Source: Phoronis australis (taxonomy: Eukaryota > Animalia > Phoronida). Taken from it: 64,000 nt of DNA. The notes under the pieces were generated by a model. The model was given only the letters and a program-made list of their open reading frames with translations. It was not told the DNA's origin and did not search any database. The DNA is taken from the NCBI GenBank assembly GCA_002633005.1, contig NMRA01000037.1, positions 716,703 through 780,702 of the forward strand. The letters are read 5' to 3'. Numbering within the stretch: the first letter of the stretch is position 1; each line of letters opens with the position of its first letter. The translations under genes were made by a program, and so were the position numbers. This document shows, piece by piece, positions 26,863 through 37,100 of this stretch.

Positions 26863-27903
26863 GTTTGTTCTGAATGGGTGAGGTCTGCACGTCATCCTCA
26901 TCGCTTAAAATAGATTGGATGGCGATAGTCTCAGTTTATGACCTGACGGTGGCTGGTGACAAGTATCACCGAGAACTTGTCTAGGTCTGTAAAACACGTG
27001 TAGCATCAGTTTATGGCGACAAACTATGCGTATAACACAGATGTTCAGAAACAAATCCGTGACTGCTATAATCACTTCTTGATTTATGACCGTATTTGCG
27101 CATTCCTTGCGCCCACGCATATGCGTACAGAGTCATCCCCCCTCGATGGTTTCCAAACAAGGAAATTTATAGTAATCGGTGGAAATCTTGATATTGGTCA
27201 TGGCGGACCAGGTACGACATATCACTATCAAGATAGCTCATCCTAAAAGTAAAGATTTGGGATTTTTACAAGTTCCAATAATTAATGTAAAATGATCCAA
27301 TGCTAAATATTTACACCATTTTTGAAAATAAGTTCGGACTAAACTGTGCAAGGTCTGTGTAATTATGTGTGAATGAGGGCTTTGAGTTTTCCGAAACTTA
27401 AATCAATTTAAGACGTCAAATTCTATAAATTCAAGCTCTGCTCCACTACAATAGAATCTAATTTCTAAGCTGAAAGCGAGGGAACATTACATCTGAACTT
27501 TCGTTAAAAAAGACTGAAATTAAAATATCACTAAAAAAAACTAAGTCGCAGTTAACAAAAATAGGAATTAAAATTGATATTTTATATTTGAAACCGTCAA
27601 AATGTGCTTCTCTTACGTTAATAGTCGCATACGCATAAACATTTAATACGCCTTCTGTAAACAGGCTAACATCTGCAGGTTGACCATTTAAGATAACTTT
27701 TTCACGGGCCTTTCATGCGAGAGACTTCTTAATCTTGTGATCGTCACCGGTATGTGTGGAGTTGTGAATTAATTAGATAGTTTCTATAACTTGTTTGCAC
27801 TAATTCACCGCGTATCAGTTTGTATTAGGGTGTGTAGTTTCGCTAATATTTGTCAGTAGACGCCTGGAAATTTAAAGTGGGCGTTGTATGGCTGTCCAAA
27901 GTC

Positions 27904-27991
27904 TATAAATCCAACTGAACTCCACGCGACTTCGTCGTTAATTTGGAAACGTCGTCACCAGGGAAGCAACGAAAAATCACGTAGAGTTCAA
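27904..27991 (+). promoter_or_regulatory. Candidate proximal TATA promoter and alternative non-coding first exon of the PTH-like precursor gene
   Basis: TATAAAT at 27904-27910 and strong donor caa|gtaagt at 27992. No ATG between them; the donor could splice to the acceptor ttttcag|gaatcATG at 29176. Confidence 0.5.
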
Positions 27992-29180
27992 GTAAGTCAG
28001 AAATGTTCGGGGTTTATGATGCTAACAAGCACTGCATTTTGAAAATACGCCAGATTTCTTAATAAATCATTTTGCATTGAAAAATAACGTTTTCAACCAT
28101 TTAGACAATTATAAATGTGGTTACTAATGATTTCACCAATGCTAATTTAAGTAAAATTTGAAATAACGCTCTTACCTAAAGCAAAAAGAAATGATTTTTT
28201 TTTCTAATAAAATGGTCTAACAAACGTTTCGCGACGTCAAGCGCTTAGGCTACTTTTTGAGGAATAAATCGAGAAAAATTAAAAGATTTTACTCAATCAG
28301 AAGAAAACGCGTATAGCTGAAAACGTGTCTTTAAACAGAACGTCTTCTTTAGTATTTCGACAGTGCGATGACATTCGCTACAGTGTAAACGCGAAGGTAC
28401 ACTTGAGTGTATGAAATGCCAATCAAATTACTGCACCGGTATAATTAACGGGTAACTAGTTGAGAAGCCCACTAATCATACGAACGATAAATTAACATTT
28501 CCATTAAAATATTGAGACGAACATAGATTATACATTATCCACTTTATCGTCGCCAGATGTCGGTGTTGACAAAGGAGTATTGCTCACATAATTGCCTAGC
28601 CATTTTATCGGGTTAAAAACTTTCAATGCTATGCGGCAGTTCTCATGTTGTAAATATGAATTACGGCGCACTTATGTCACTTCCGTTATATGCTAATGCT
28701 TCTTCGGTTAATTATACATTGTTGAGTCATAGTTCGTGTATAAAGTCTTTGATGATCGCCCGATTGCATTTAGCAACGTTCAGCAGTTGTTAATGGTAGT
28801 CACCTTTTGTATCTCATTGCCAGACAACCAATCATTTCAAAGTAGTTTTGATGCTGCATTATGAGGATAACTCCACAAGATTGTCCATGCGTGGAAACGC
28901 AACCAAGAAGCATACTGATAGCAATTTACAAGAGTAAATTAAATTTTTAGTAACTAAAAAGATGGGGACGTTTTCGCTTACATGTTACCTTCTCAGAATG
29001 GTAAAGCGTCTTCACATTAGGACAATCCATGATATGCGTCGTGAATTCAAATGTCCTTGTTGTGAATTCAGGCACCCTGGGGACGGGTAGCAATGAAGCC
29101 GCAATGGTGAATGTATGATGTCGCTGCTAAAATATTTTCATTGTGAATTGCATGATAAAATAACTTATTTTTCAGGAATC

Positions 29181-32100
29181 ATGCGTTCCCGCGATTTCGT
29201 CGTCTTCGCAGTCCTCTTTGTTATTGTCGTTGTATTCTCATCAGCCAAAAGTTTACCGCTCAGGTGAGTTTTAAATTTGCATAAGCGAAACGAGTTACAG
29301 ATCGACAGAAGTCCAGATTATGTGCAACCGGATAATTAATTTAAACTTTTTGTTTTATGCGAAGAACTTGCAAATAATTCTGTGGTCGCCACATCTTTCG
29401 TCAGACGGGTTTAGTCGGGTTATTCTCGCACATCTATTCTGTGTTTGTTTTAAATCTGCGCTGGTGAAACCAAGGTATCCACAATAGCTTGCATTCAAGT
29501 CTCGCTTGAATGGTTTTGAATTGTTTGGAATTGAAACTATACAGAACTTACGAGCCTTCACAAAGTTTTGAAATTTTTCAACACACTCGTCCCAAATAAA
29601 CTTTTGCAAAAATGTGCCGTGTTACCTGAGTGGCCAGGAGACGGAAACTGAAATGTTGCTGTCGGACGTCGATGATCGATCGTAAGTGTCAATGACTCCC
29701 TGTTTTTAATTGGTGACCTTATCAATTCAAGGAAACCTTGGCAAGCTCGCTGGTCGAATTCACGTGCAGCTTCTCTCCCAGAGCGGATTCCATCTTCCGA
29801 TTTGAGATCTCATGGACTCAGCGGAGTTCAATTTGAGGTCACTGACAGCAGCTTAAAATCTAGAGAATACAAGGACACGCGGTCTTGGGGATTTTTGCCA
29901 CCCGAATCGAAGATCGTGATGCGTTTACAAATTTCCGTTCATTTTAGCCGTGTTATTTGTCAAATTCGGTCCAGCAAATTTAATTTTCGGGTGTGGACGC
30001 TTCTGAGTGGTCAACTCGAGAGACATGAAGAAAAAAATGAGCTACATTTCTTAAGGCCAAAATCAAACCGAAAGTTAGCCAGTTACTGAGAAGACTTAAG
30101 ATTGCATTTTTGGTCTATATAACCAAAATGAAGGCCTGTCATCACTGTAAAGTGTCTTTTCTGAATTTTCGCCTTCGGTCTTAGCTTAGTTTTCAGTCTT
30201 AAGTCGGAACGGGCCCTTGAAGTTCTTGCGCCAGTAAATTTCATTCCTCGTGTGAGTAAATAATTTTATTCGTGAGGGAAGGACGCTCCTTGACCGTAGT
30301 AATTTTATAGAAATGATTGTTGTCATTATGTTACATTAAACTAACGTGTTTCTCGGGATATATTAGTTTTTGCTTACGTTCTTACTTTATCTGTTTTCTT
30401 TTTGCAGTTTTTGCAATCTCAGTCTAAAAATTTTCAGATTTTAATTTTCAGTATAATTCTTCTTTATGATTTACTAGTAGATTGATTCACTTACTATTTC
30501 TTTAATTCTTTCGTCATTTCTCGTTTCCTCCGCATGTTTCGTTTTTGCCTTTTGTTAGTTTGCGACGTCTCCAACGGCGGCAGGCCGATGTTCGCCTTGC
30601 CGATATGCTTGCCTCCATTAATCAACAAGGAGCTTCGCCGACAGGGTGCGCTGAAGTTGGTTGTGGTTTAAATTTAGATGAAGTGTAAGTGGAATTTTTT
30701 TGTAACTTTCAAAGTTGAAACAAGAGTTGGAAATTGGATTTTTTAGGAAAAGGACAATTTCTCTGAAATTTACCTAAACTTTGTTGTTGCCAGACTAGAA
30801 GTCCAATTTCAGACGCTTGTTTTTTGTGCACTTGTGCATATTGTTGAGTTATCCCAGATTGGTCACCTATTCATCGAAAGCGAAAAATCTTTCGAAACGA
30901 AAAAATTACCAAAATCTAAACATCTTTCAAAATCTGGTATTTCTCATGAGTGACTTTACAGATAATTCTTCCTCTGTGATTCGAGCATGCGCCTTACGCT
31001 GCTTATGCAATTGATATATTACTTCTATATACCAGGTCTAAGCGCTCTAACGCGGACCAACGTCTGGCAGAAATGCAAGCTTTTCTAAGCCTGTACGGCC
31101 ATGGGTCGACTATGCCAGATCCTTTGCGGGCGTAGGTATTCCCTGTTGTGTGGACTACTCACTAACAACTATTTGTTGTCGCCTGCGTAACTAACAATAT
31201 ATTCTCTGATGTTTCGCCATTATTTTTGTTTCTGTTTAAGTTTGCATGTGTCATGTTTCAAAAGCATGTTTCAACGATGATTTGTTAATTTTTTCCCGAC
31301 AAACTGTCGATGAAACAGTGACACCTCACTGTCATCATTATCAATAAAATATCAGGCAAGAATTTTTTTATTAATGAAATACTTGTAGCCTAACTATTCT
31401 TTAAGGCGCCATAAACCCACATTCTGTCAAAAATGAATCTAGTTCATACAAAAATGAATTTTTGGGAAGAATTAAGAAGCTGTCTCGCGGCGAGAAAAAT
31501 CTAGTCAAACTCACGTGCTCTCATTTAAATTACACAGCAATGTCTAGCATAATCTCGCGAAGTCTTTCTTTTTAGCGAGGTACTAGCGAGTTTCAACTGT
31601 TACTGAACTCTACCTGGGTTTCAGACTCATTCATGACTTGTGGCGTTTGGAAAGAAGAGACGATTCGTTATTTTAGGTCATCCTTGGTGCATATAAGACT
31701 CGAGGTGATAAGCTAAATCGTTGGTGTGCGTTCAGTAACGCTGGTACCTACGCTAGGACCCAGCTAAAATTTAGCCAAAGTCATGTGATCTCATTTAAAA
31801 TGCACGCAATATCTCGCGTAATCTCGCGAAGTCTTGCTTTTTAGCGAGGTCCTAACGTTACTGAAAGAGACGCTGGTGTCAAACAATGAGAATGGTCTCT
31901 TCTTCCAAAGCCCAGAAATCCTTTTCAATCTTTGTAAGGAAAAATCGTAGATCAATTTTATAACGGACGTCGAATTAAATCAAAAATTGCTTGACATTAA
32001 AAACAGGCTTATAGCATCTTTAACTTATTTGTAGAAGTGTTAGCAACTAAAATTCACATTATCAATCTTTCTCCGAGAAACTGAAACAATTTTCTATCAT

Positions 32101-34567
32101 TAAGCGGATCCAGAGTATCAAAAGGTTTGCTCAAATTTAACTTGTTCATGATTGGGTCATCTGTACGAGTCCATGATGCGGGTAGTTAAGGCGAGTCCAT
32201 GAACACACAGTAGATACAACCTGGGTCCGCTTGCAGCGAAGCTTTGCCTGTAAACATGAGGCGTGCACGACTTTATGCTAAACACTAGAGTAAAGCTTAG
32301 CAGTTAGTCTTTAGGCCTATGGCGTGTTGTGAGTTCAGGGTAACTAACCCGCTAAACATGTTAGATGTTGTTCAGTGTTTTTAATCCATGGCAATGTACT
32401 GAAGTGGACAAACGACGGGGGTAAATGTCTAATTTAAGACATGTATTTTGCGACATGAGTTTTGTCGCGATGCGCCTATAAATGAAACTCAGGTACAAAC
32501 ACCCATGTCAGGGCGGATCCAGGATTTTTATTTAGGGAGGGCCAGGGCAGAGTATTAGCCAGGATTTTGCCCGTCAGACGGCGCACCCCCGAACTGCCAA
32601 ATGTAATCTGGGAGAGTTTTGGGGGGCCATGGCCCCCTTGGTCCCCCTCTAAATCCGCCATTGCATGTGCTGAACATTTGGGCAAAAAACGAATTGTGGT
32701 ATACGTGAATGTAACACGGTACATTGGCAACGCCGAATGATAACAAGTATTTATCTCAACATGTTAATGTTGAAGTTAACACTAGTTGGAAACATTCAGG
32801 AAGTAATGGGGGGCTGATCACGTGGACGTCTCCTGTCGCCTCCTGGTTGTACAAGGAGGTACTTCTTCTTCACAACGAGTGGCAGAGGGGCATGTGATTA
32901 GGCGTGATGCGTTTAACCAAAAGTGAAATTGCCTCCTCGTTTTCTAGAAGCCATTAGCATCGGGTTCCACGTGATCATTGATCGCCATGTTGTTACTTGA
33001 AAGTTTCCCATTGTTCAGGTAAACAGACGCATGTAGAGAGGTCTGACATGTACTTCATGTACGTAGATTTAGCACGTCAGCATGAATTTCAGTTGTCGGT
33101 CCTTTAATTCCACCCACGGTATGCAGTACGCGCTGCCAGACTGAGATGATCGTGGTTGGGAGAGTTGCTTTTGTAGATAATACATCATTTCGCTTCATTT
33201 TTTTTCAAGAGCAGCTAAACAGTAAGCAATTGTCGTTAATACATCCAACTCTCTTCTCCATTTTGTCTTATTAATATTCAACCTCAAAAAGTATATGTAT
33301 AGCTGTACGGAGCTTTTTGTTTTTTCGATGATTCTAAAGCCGAGTTCTTCTGTTGTTCCTTTTCGAAAAAGAGTTTACGAATTGTGTGCATGTAAGTTCT
33401 GTGCGTGTGCGCGTGTAGAAATATGTAACTTTGGATGTAGTAAACGAAACAAGATAACACGATGACAGCTCTTTGGCATGCGCCAGACTTCCGTTTCCGT
33501 TGTGATGTGTACACAGTTTACTGAGGGGATGCAGTTTCGTGTACTAATGTCTACCTCAATAATGAGTGTACAGGTAAAGACAAAGCTAACTACTCATTTT
33601 TTTCATGCCACTGACGAAGGAGAATTCCAAAACGTTAACATGCAAGGAATATTCTCTTTTATCCAGTTTTATTAACTACGTCCAATGAACCTGCTCCTGG
33701 TAACGATCGAATTGTGTTTTTACGTTTAATTGTGACGTTGATGACTCTTGGGGACCACTGAAGACGTGATATCTCAAACTGAGATTGTTTCAAAGAGTGA
33801 AAGGCAATTTATTGCTCTATACCAACAGCATCTAATTTAAATATGCTAATCTTGTTTTGGCCTATTAACAAAATATTGATTGCTACTGTATCATTTGAAG
33901 CTTTAAAACCAAATAATTCGTCAGGTTTAAAAATTTCGAGCAAGTTTGAAAACACCTTATGCTAAACCATCAAGCGTTACTAACCCTCTGAGTGACTGAC
34001 TAACAAAGAAACCACTTTGTGACGCAATAAGGAAGTGTCTCATTTTTCGCATAGGTGAGATTTTAACTGTGCAAATTCAGGTGGCAAGACGCAAGGTTGT
34101 GTATCTCTTAAAGGTTCGATGACAGGTCTTATGTTTTGCTACTCAGAAAATCCTATTAATCCTCTAGGACCTGAAGTGTGAAGTGTAATCATGCGAGGCC
34201 TTGTTGCCTATTACGAGGAACATCTCTAACTTCGGACACTTAAAATGGTGTTCAATATCATGAAATTGCAGTGACAAGAAAGAAAGCTGTTGTGTAAAGT
34301 CACGAAAACTCGAAATGTTCAATTTTGGCCACCTCGTTGTGGTGCCTAGCTTGTGTGGGGAAGTGCGTTCGTAATATTTGACGTCTTCTCTTTGCAGAAA
34401 TGAAGTATTTTCTTTGTAATTCAAGCGATATGACTTATTTCAGCGGAAAAAGAAGTGTAGAAAAACAACGTTCGCCCATGATCTACCCAGATGAACGTGA
34501 CAGAGAGACAGAAATTGTCTATCGGTTACTAAGGAGATTGGCGCACGAAATGGACGAACGGTTATAA
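29181..34567 (+). CDS. Neuropeptide precursor, invertebrate parathyroid-hormone-like (iPTH / PXXXamide) family, 159 aa, 5 coding exons
   Basis: Exons 29181-29263, 29631-29681, 30559-30684, 31036-31131 and 34444-34567, all GT-AG with phase-2 introns. Protein: MRSRDFVVFAVLFVIVVVFSSAKSLPLSGQETETEMLLSDVDDRSLRRLQRR-QADVRLADMLASINQQGASPTGCAEVGCGLNLDEVS-KR-SNADQRLAEMQAFLSLYGHGSTMPDPLRA-GKR-SVEKQRSPMIYPDERDRETEIVYRLLRRLAHEMDERL*. It has a signal peptide, dibasic sites, an amidation GKR, and DQRLAE plus DPxxxG motifs typical of iPTH/PXXXamide. Confidence 0.88.
31484..31873. repeat. Two adjacent copies of a short interspersed MITE-like repeat; third inverted copy at ~34775-34910
   Basis: Shared core tctcatttaaa..taatctcgcgaagtctt.ctttttagcgaggt at ~31520-31585 and ~31790-31855. 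Reverse complement (gctagaaaagcaagacttcgcgagatta) at ~34797-34824. Confidence 0.65.
32509..32663. mobile_element. ~155-bp MITE, copy 2 (intronic), perfect 5-bp TSD CATGT
   Basis: catgt|cagggcggatcc ... aaatccgccattg|catgt. Reverse-complement homolog of 20260-20424. Confidence 0.8.
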
Positions 34568-37100
34568 CACCAGGTAATGAATTTTGTTCGTACTCACTTG
34601 GCTGTGTCTAGTGAATGTCCGTTAATGTTAGAAGATATCCGTTCCCCTGAAAAATACGGACCTTTTTTGGTCTCTCAGAAATGAGAGTGCGTTTTGCTGC
34701 TAAGGTGGATAGCCAGGCGAGATATCCTGGGTTTTACACTGGAACTAGTGGAATTTTTTGATAGTTCTGGGTAGAGTTCAATACCGCTAGGATCTTGCTA
34801 GAAAAGCAAGACTTCGCGAGATTAATGTGAGATATTGCAGTGTATCTTAAGTGAGAAAGCACTTGATTTCGGTTAGATTTTTCTCGCCGCGAGACGCTAC
34901 TGATCTCTACCCTGGTTTTGACCATATGGGAAGGTTCGTTTTCGCAAATCGTAGGTAACAGTAATGAAATTGGTCTACTTTTTGATTAACCCATTCATTG
35001 CTTTCAATCTCAAACGTACACCTGTGACAATAAACGACCCAATTTCTGTAAACAATACTCTCACAAACCAATAATTTGGTAAATGTCAGTTGTTGTCTAA
35101 CAGACCTGTTTTTGAAATATAGGTATATTTCTCTTCTAGAGATTCAGAAAATTCTCAGCATTTTCAACGTGCGATACTGGAATCGTCAAGGCTTCGAATC
35201 TCATCGCTACCACAAAGTTTTCTTACTCGCTCTTAACCCAGCTCTACGCTACATTCCCACTATTGGTGCTTTGCGCGTCATGTGATTATTAGTGTCGTCT
35301 GCTTGTCGCCACCGTTTGCTGTCAATCATTGTTAAACGAAAGCCACGTCATTTGTTTTCTGAACGGTTAATGCAGATTGCATCGTGAGTAATTAGGGTAA
35401 TTTAAAGGTAATTCGCGTAATTACCGGCATACGAATACGACCCGATCCCGAGGACACTGTCAGGTCATATCTGAACTGAAGGATAGCGACGCTGCTCTCC
35501 CGAGGTCCATATGACCTGATACGCCCGAGAGATCGGTCTATATTTGTTTTATACGACCACTGATGATTCTTTTCATGTTTTGATGTACTAAGTCATGTAA
35601 TCGCTAACTTTGTTTCCACAATCAAGGCTTTATTGTTTCTGCACTCTGGTATCCACGGTAGATTGTGATCTCCTCCGGAAAGGTGTAGACTTCTGACAAT
35701 TCTGATTGGCGGATTTCGACTAGGCCGACTTCGGCAAAGTAGGTGCCTCGCGATTGGAAAGTGTATTTTTTGTAGAATCAGACTGTTCGTTCTGTTCCGA
35801 AGCAAAAATACTTCTTTGATCTCCTCCAAAAGAGGTTTGAGTAAGCTTTTTGAAAGACATAAAAGTCATGGTTCGAAAGATGCCAGAGACTATTTCCCTT
35901 GTAGTAATCTCTTACTCTTACACGCAGTCTGAGCTGGGTTACATGATTATACAGGAGGAAGGTCGCCTCAAGTCATGAAACCGGAGATTGTGAATTTAAA
36001 AACGACGATGTCAGTTTCTTTTAGTTTGAGACTATAAATTCGTCACCGATAAAGTTCGCTCATTTAGACGTTGCAAACGGAATTGTTTGTACAGTTTGTG
36101 ATAAGTCAGATCACGAACAGCAACATCTGTAGTCCTAGCAGCTTGAAATGAGAAGTGAGATTTTATGGCTAGCCGGGCAACACCACGTCATAAGGAAAGT
36201 CACCTGTCTGCGTTTTAGCCAATCAGAGGACAGAAGCATCAGCTGTCGTGTAGCATTTAATGTTACACTTGTCGAAAAAAGTGTAGGTTTTCATTTAAAA
36301 AATACCCCATGTATACCTTTTAATTTATTAGAAATGTACCATCCGATGCATAGGCCTACATTTCCTACCTGTAAAGACAATCATTCATCATATAGAGTAT
36401 CTAAGTGTTCTTCGAAGTTCAAAGTTCAAAGGTAACCACAAGGTCATTCTTACCAATTACATGGTTGATTTAGGTCAGAAATGCAACATCTGATATATCT
36501 TGACGTGTTATTTATTTTAGGTTATTTATTTATTTGTTTCTCTCACTAGTCATGGAGTGCATTGTTTACATTGGAAATATAACAAATTTCTCAAAAAGTA
36601 AATAATTTTCTTGTTTATTTTTCTTTTTACTCACTCAAAGTAGATGTGCCCAAGAACAAGTGATTGAAATACGTCGGTCAAGATTTGCATGCTCAAAATT
36701 CAGCCTGGTTGGACAATAGACAAACGGAAGCACTTTAGATTCTTACATTAGAGCACTGCAGATTGGATGGATGTAAAAAGCCTTTAGATGAACCTAAAAT
36801 GATTTCATTGCTTCTCAATACTGTGCAGGCCGCATTTCACAGCTTGTATAATTGATGTGTAGTAATGGAATCACTCAATCAAAAGAGGAAGCAGGAGGTC
36901 CAACGTGTTCTGATCCCCTCCTCGCCTACTTATACACCATTGCAATGGACAGGCCCCCTCTGACTATGACTCATGATCCGCGTCATACAATGCGACATCA
37001 TGCAATCTCAAACACTTAACACATGTTAAAAAATATATTATATAAAAACATAGACAATTGCACATAACTTATTATTTGGAAAAGAATTGTCAGAAACTGG

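Noticed and set aside
30640-30670. Cys-x4-Cys ring suggesting calcitonin or vasopressin/oxytocin-type peptide
   Set aside because: The ring is near the C-terminus rather than the N-terminus, there is no Pro-amide or neurophysin domain, and the ADxRLA[DE]M / DPxxxG motifs fit iPTH/PXXXamide better.
35444-35535. Inverted repeat tcaggtcatat / atatgacctga as a terminator or structured RNA
   Set aside because: Eukaryotic context; most likely a remnant of an old DNA transposon whose boundaries I could not define.
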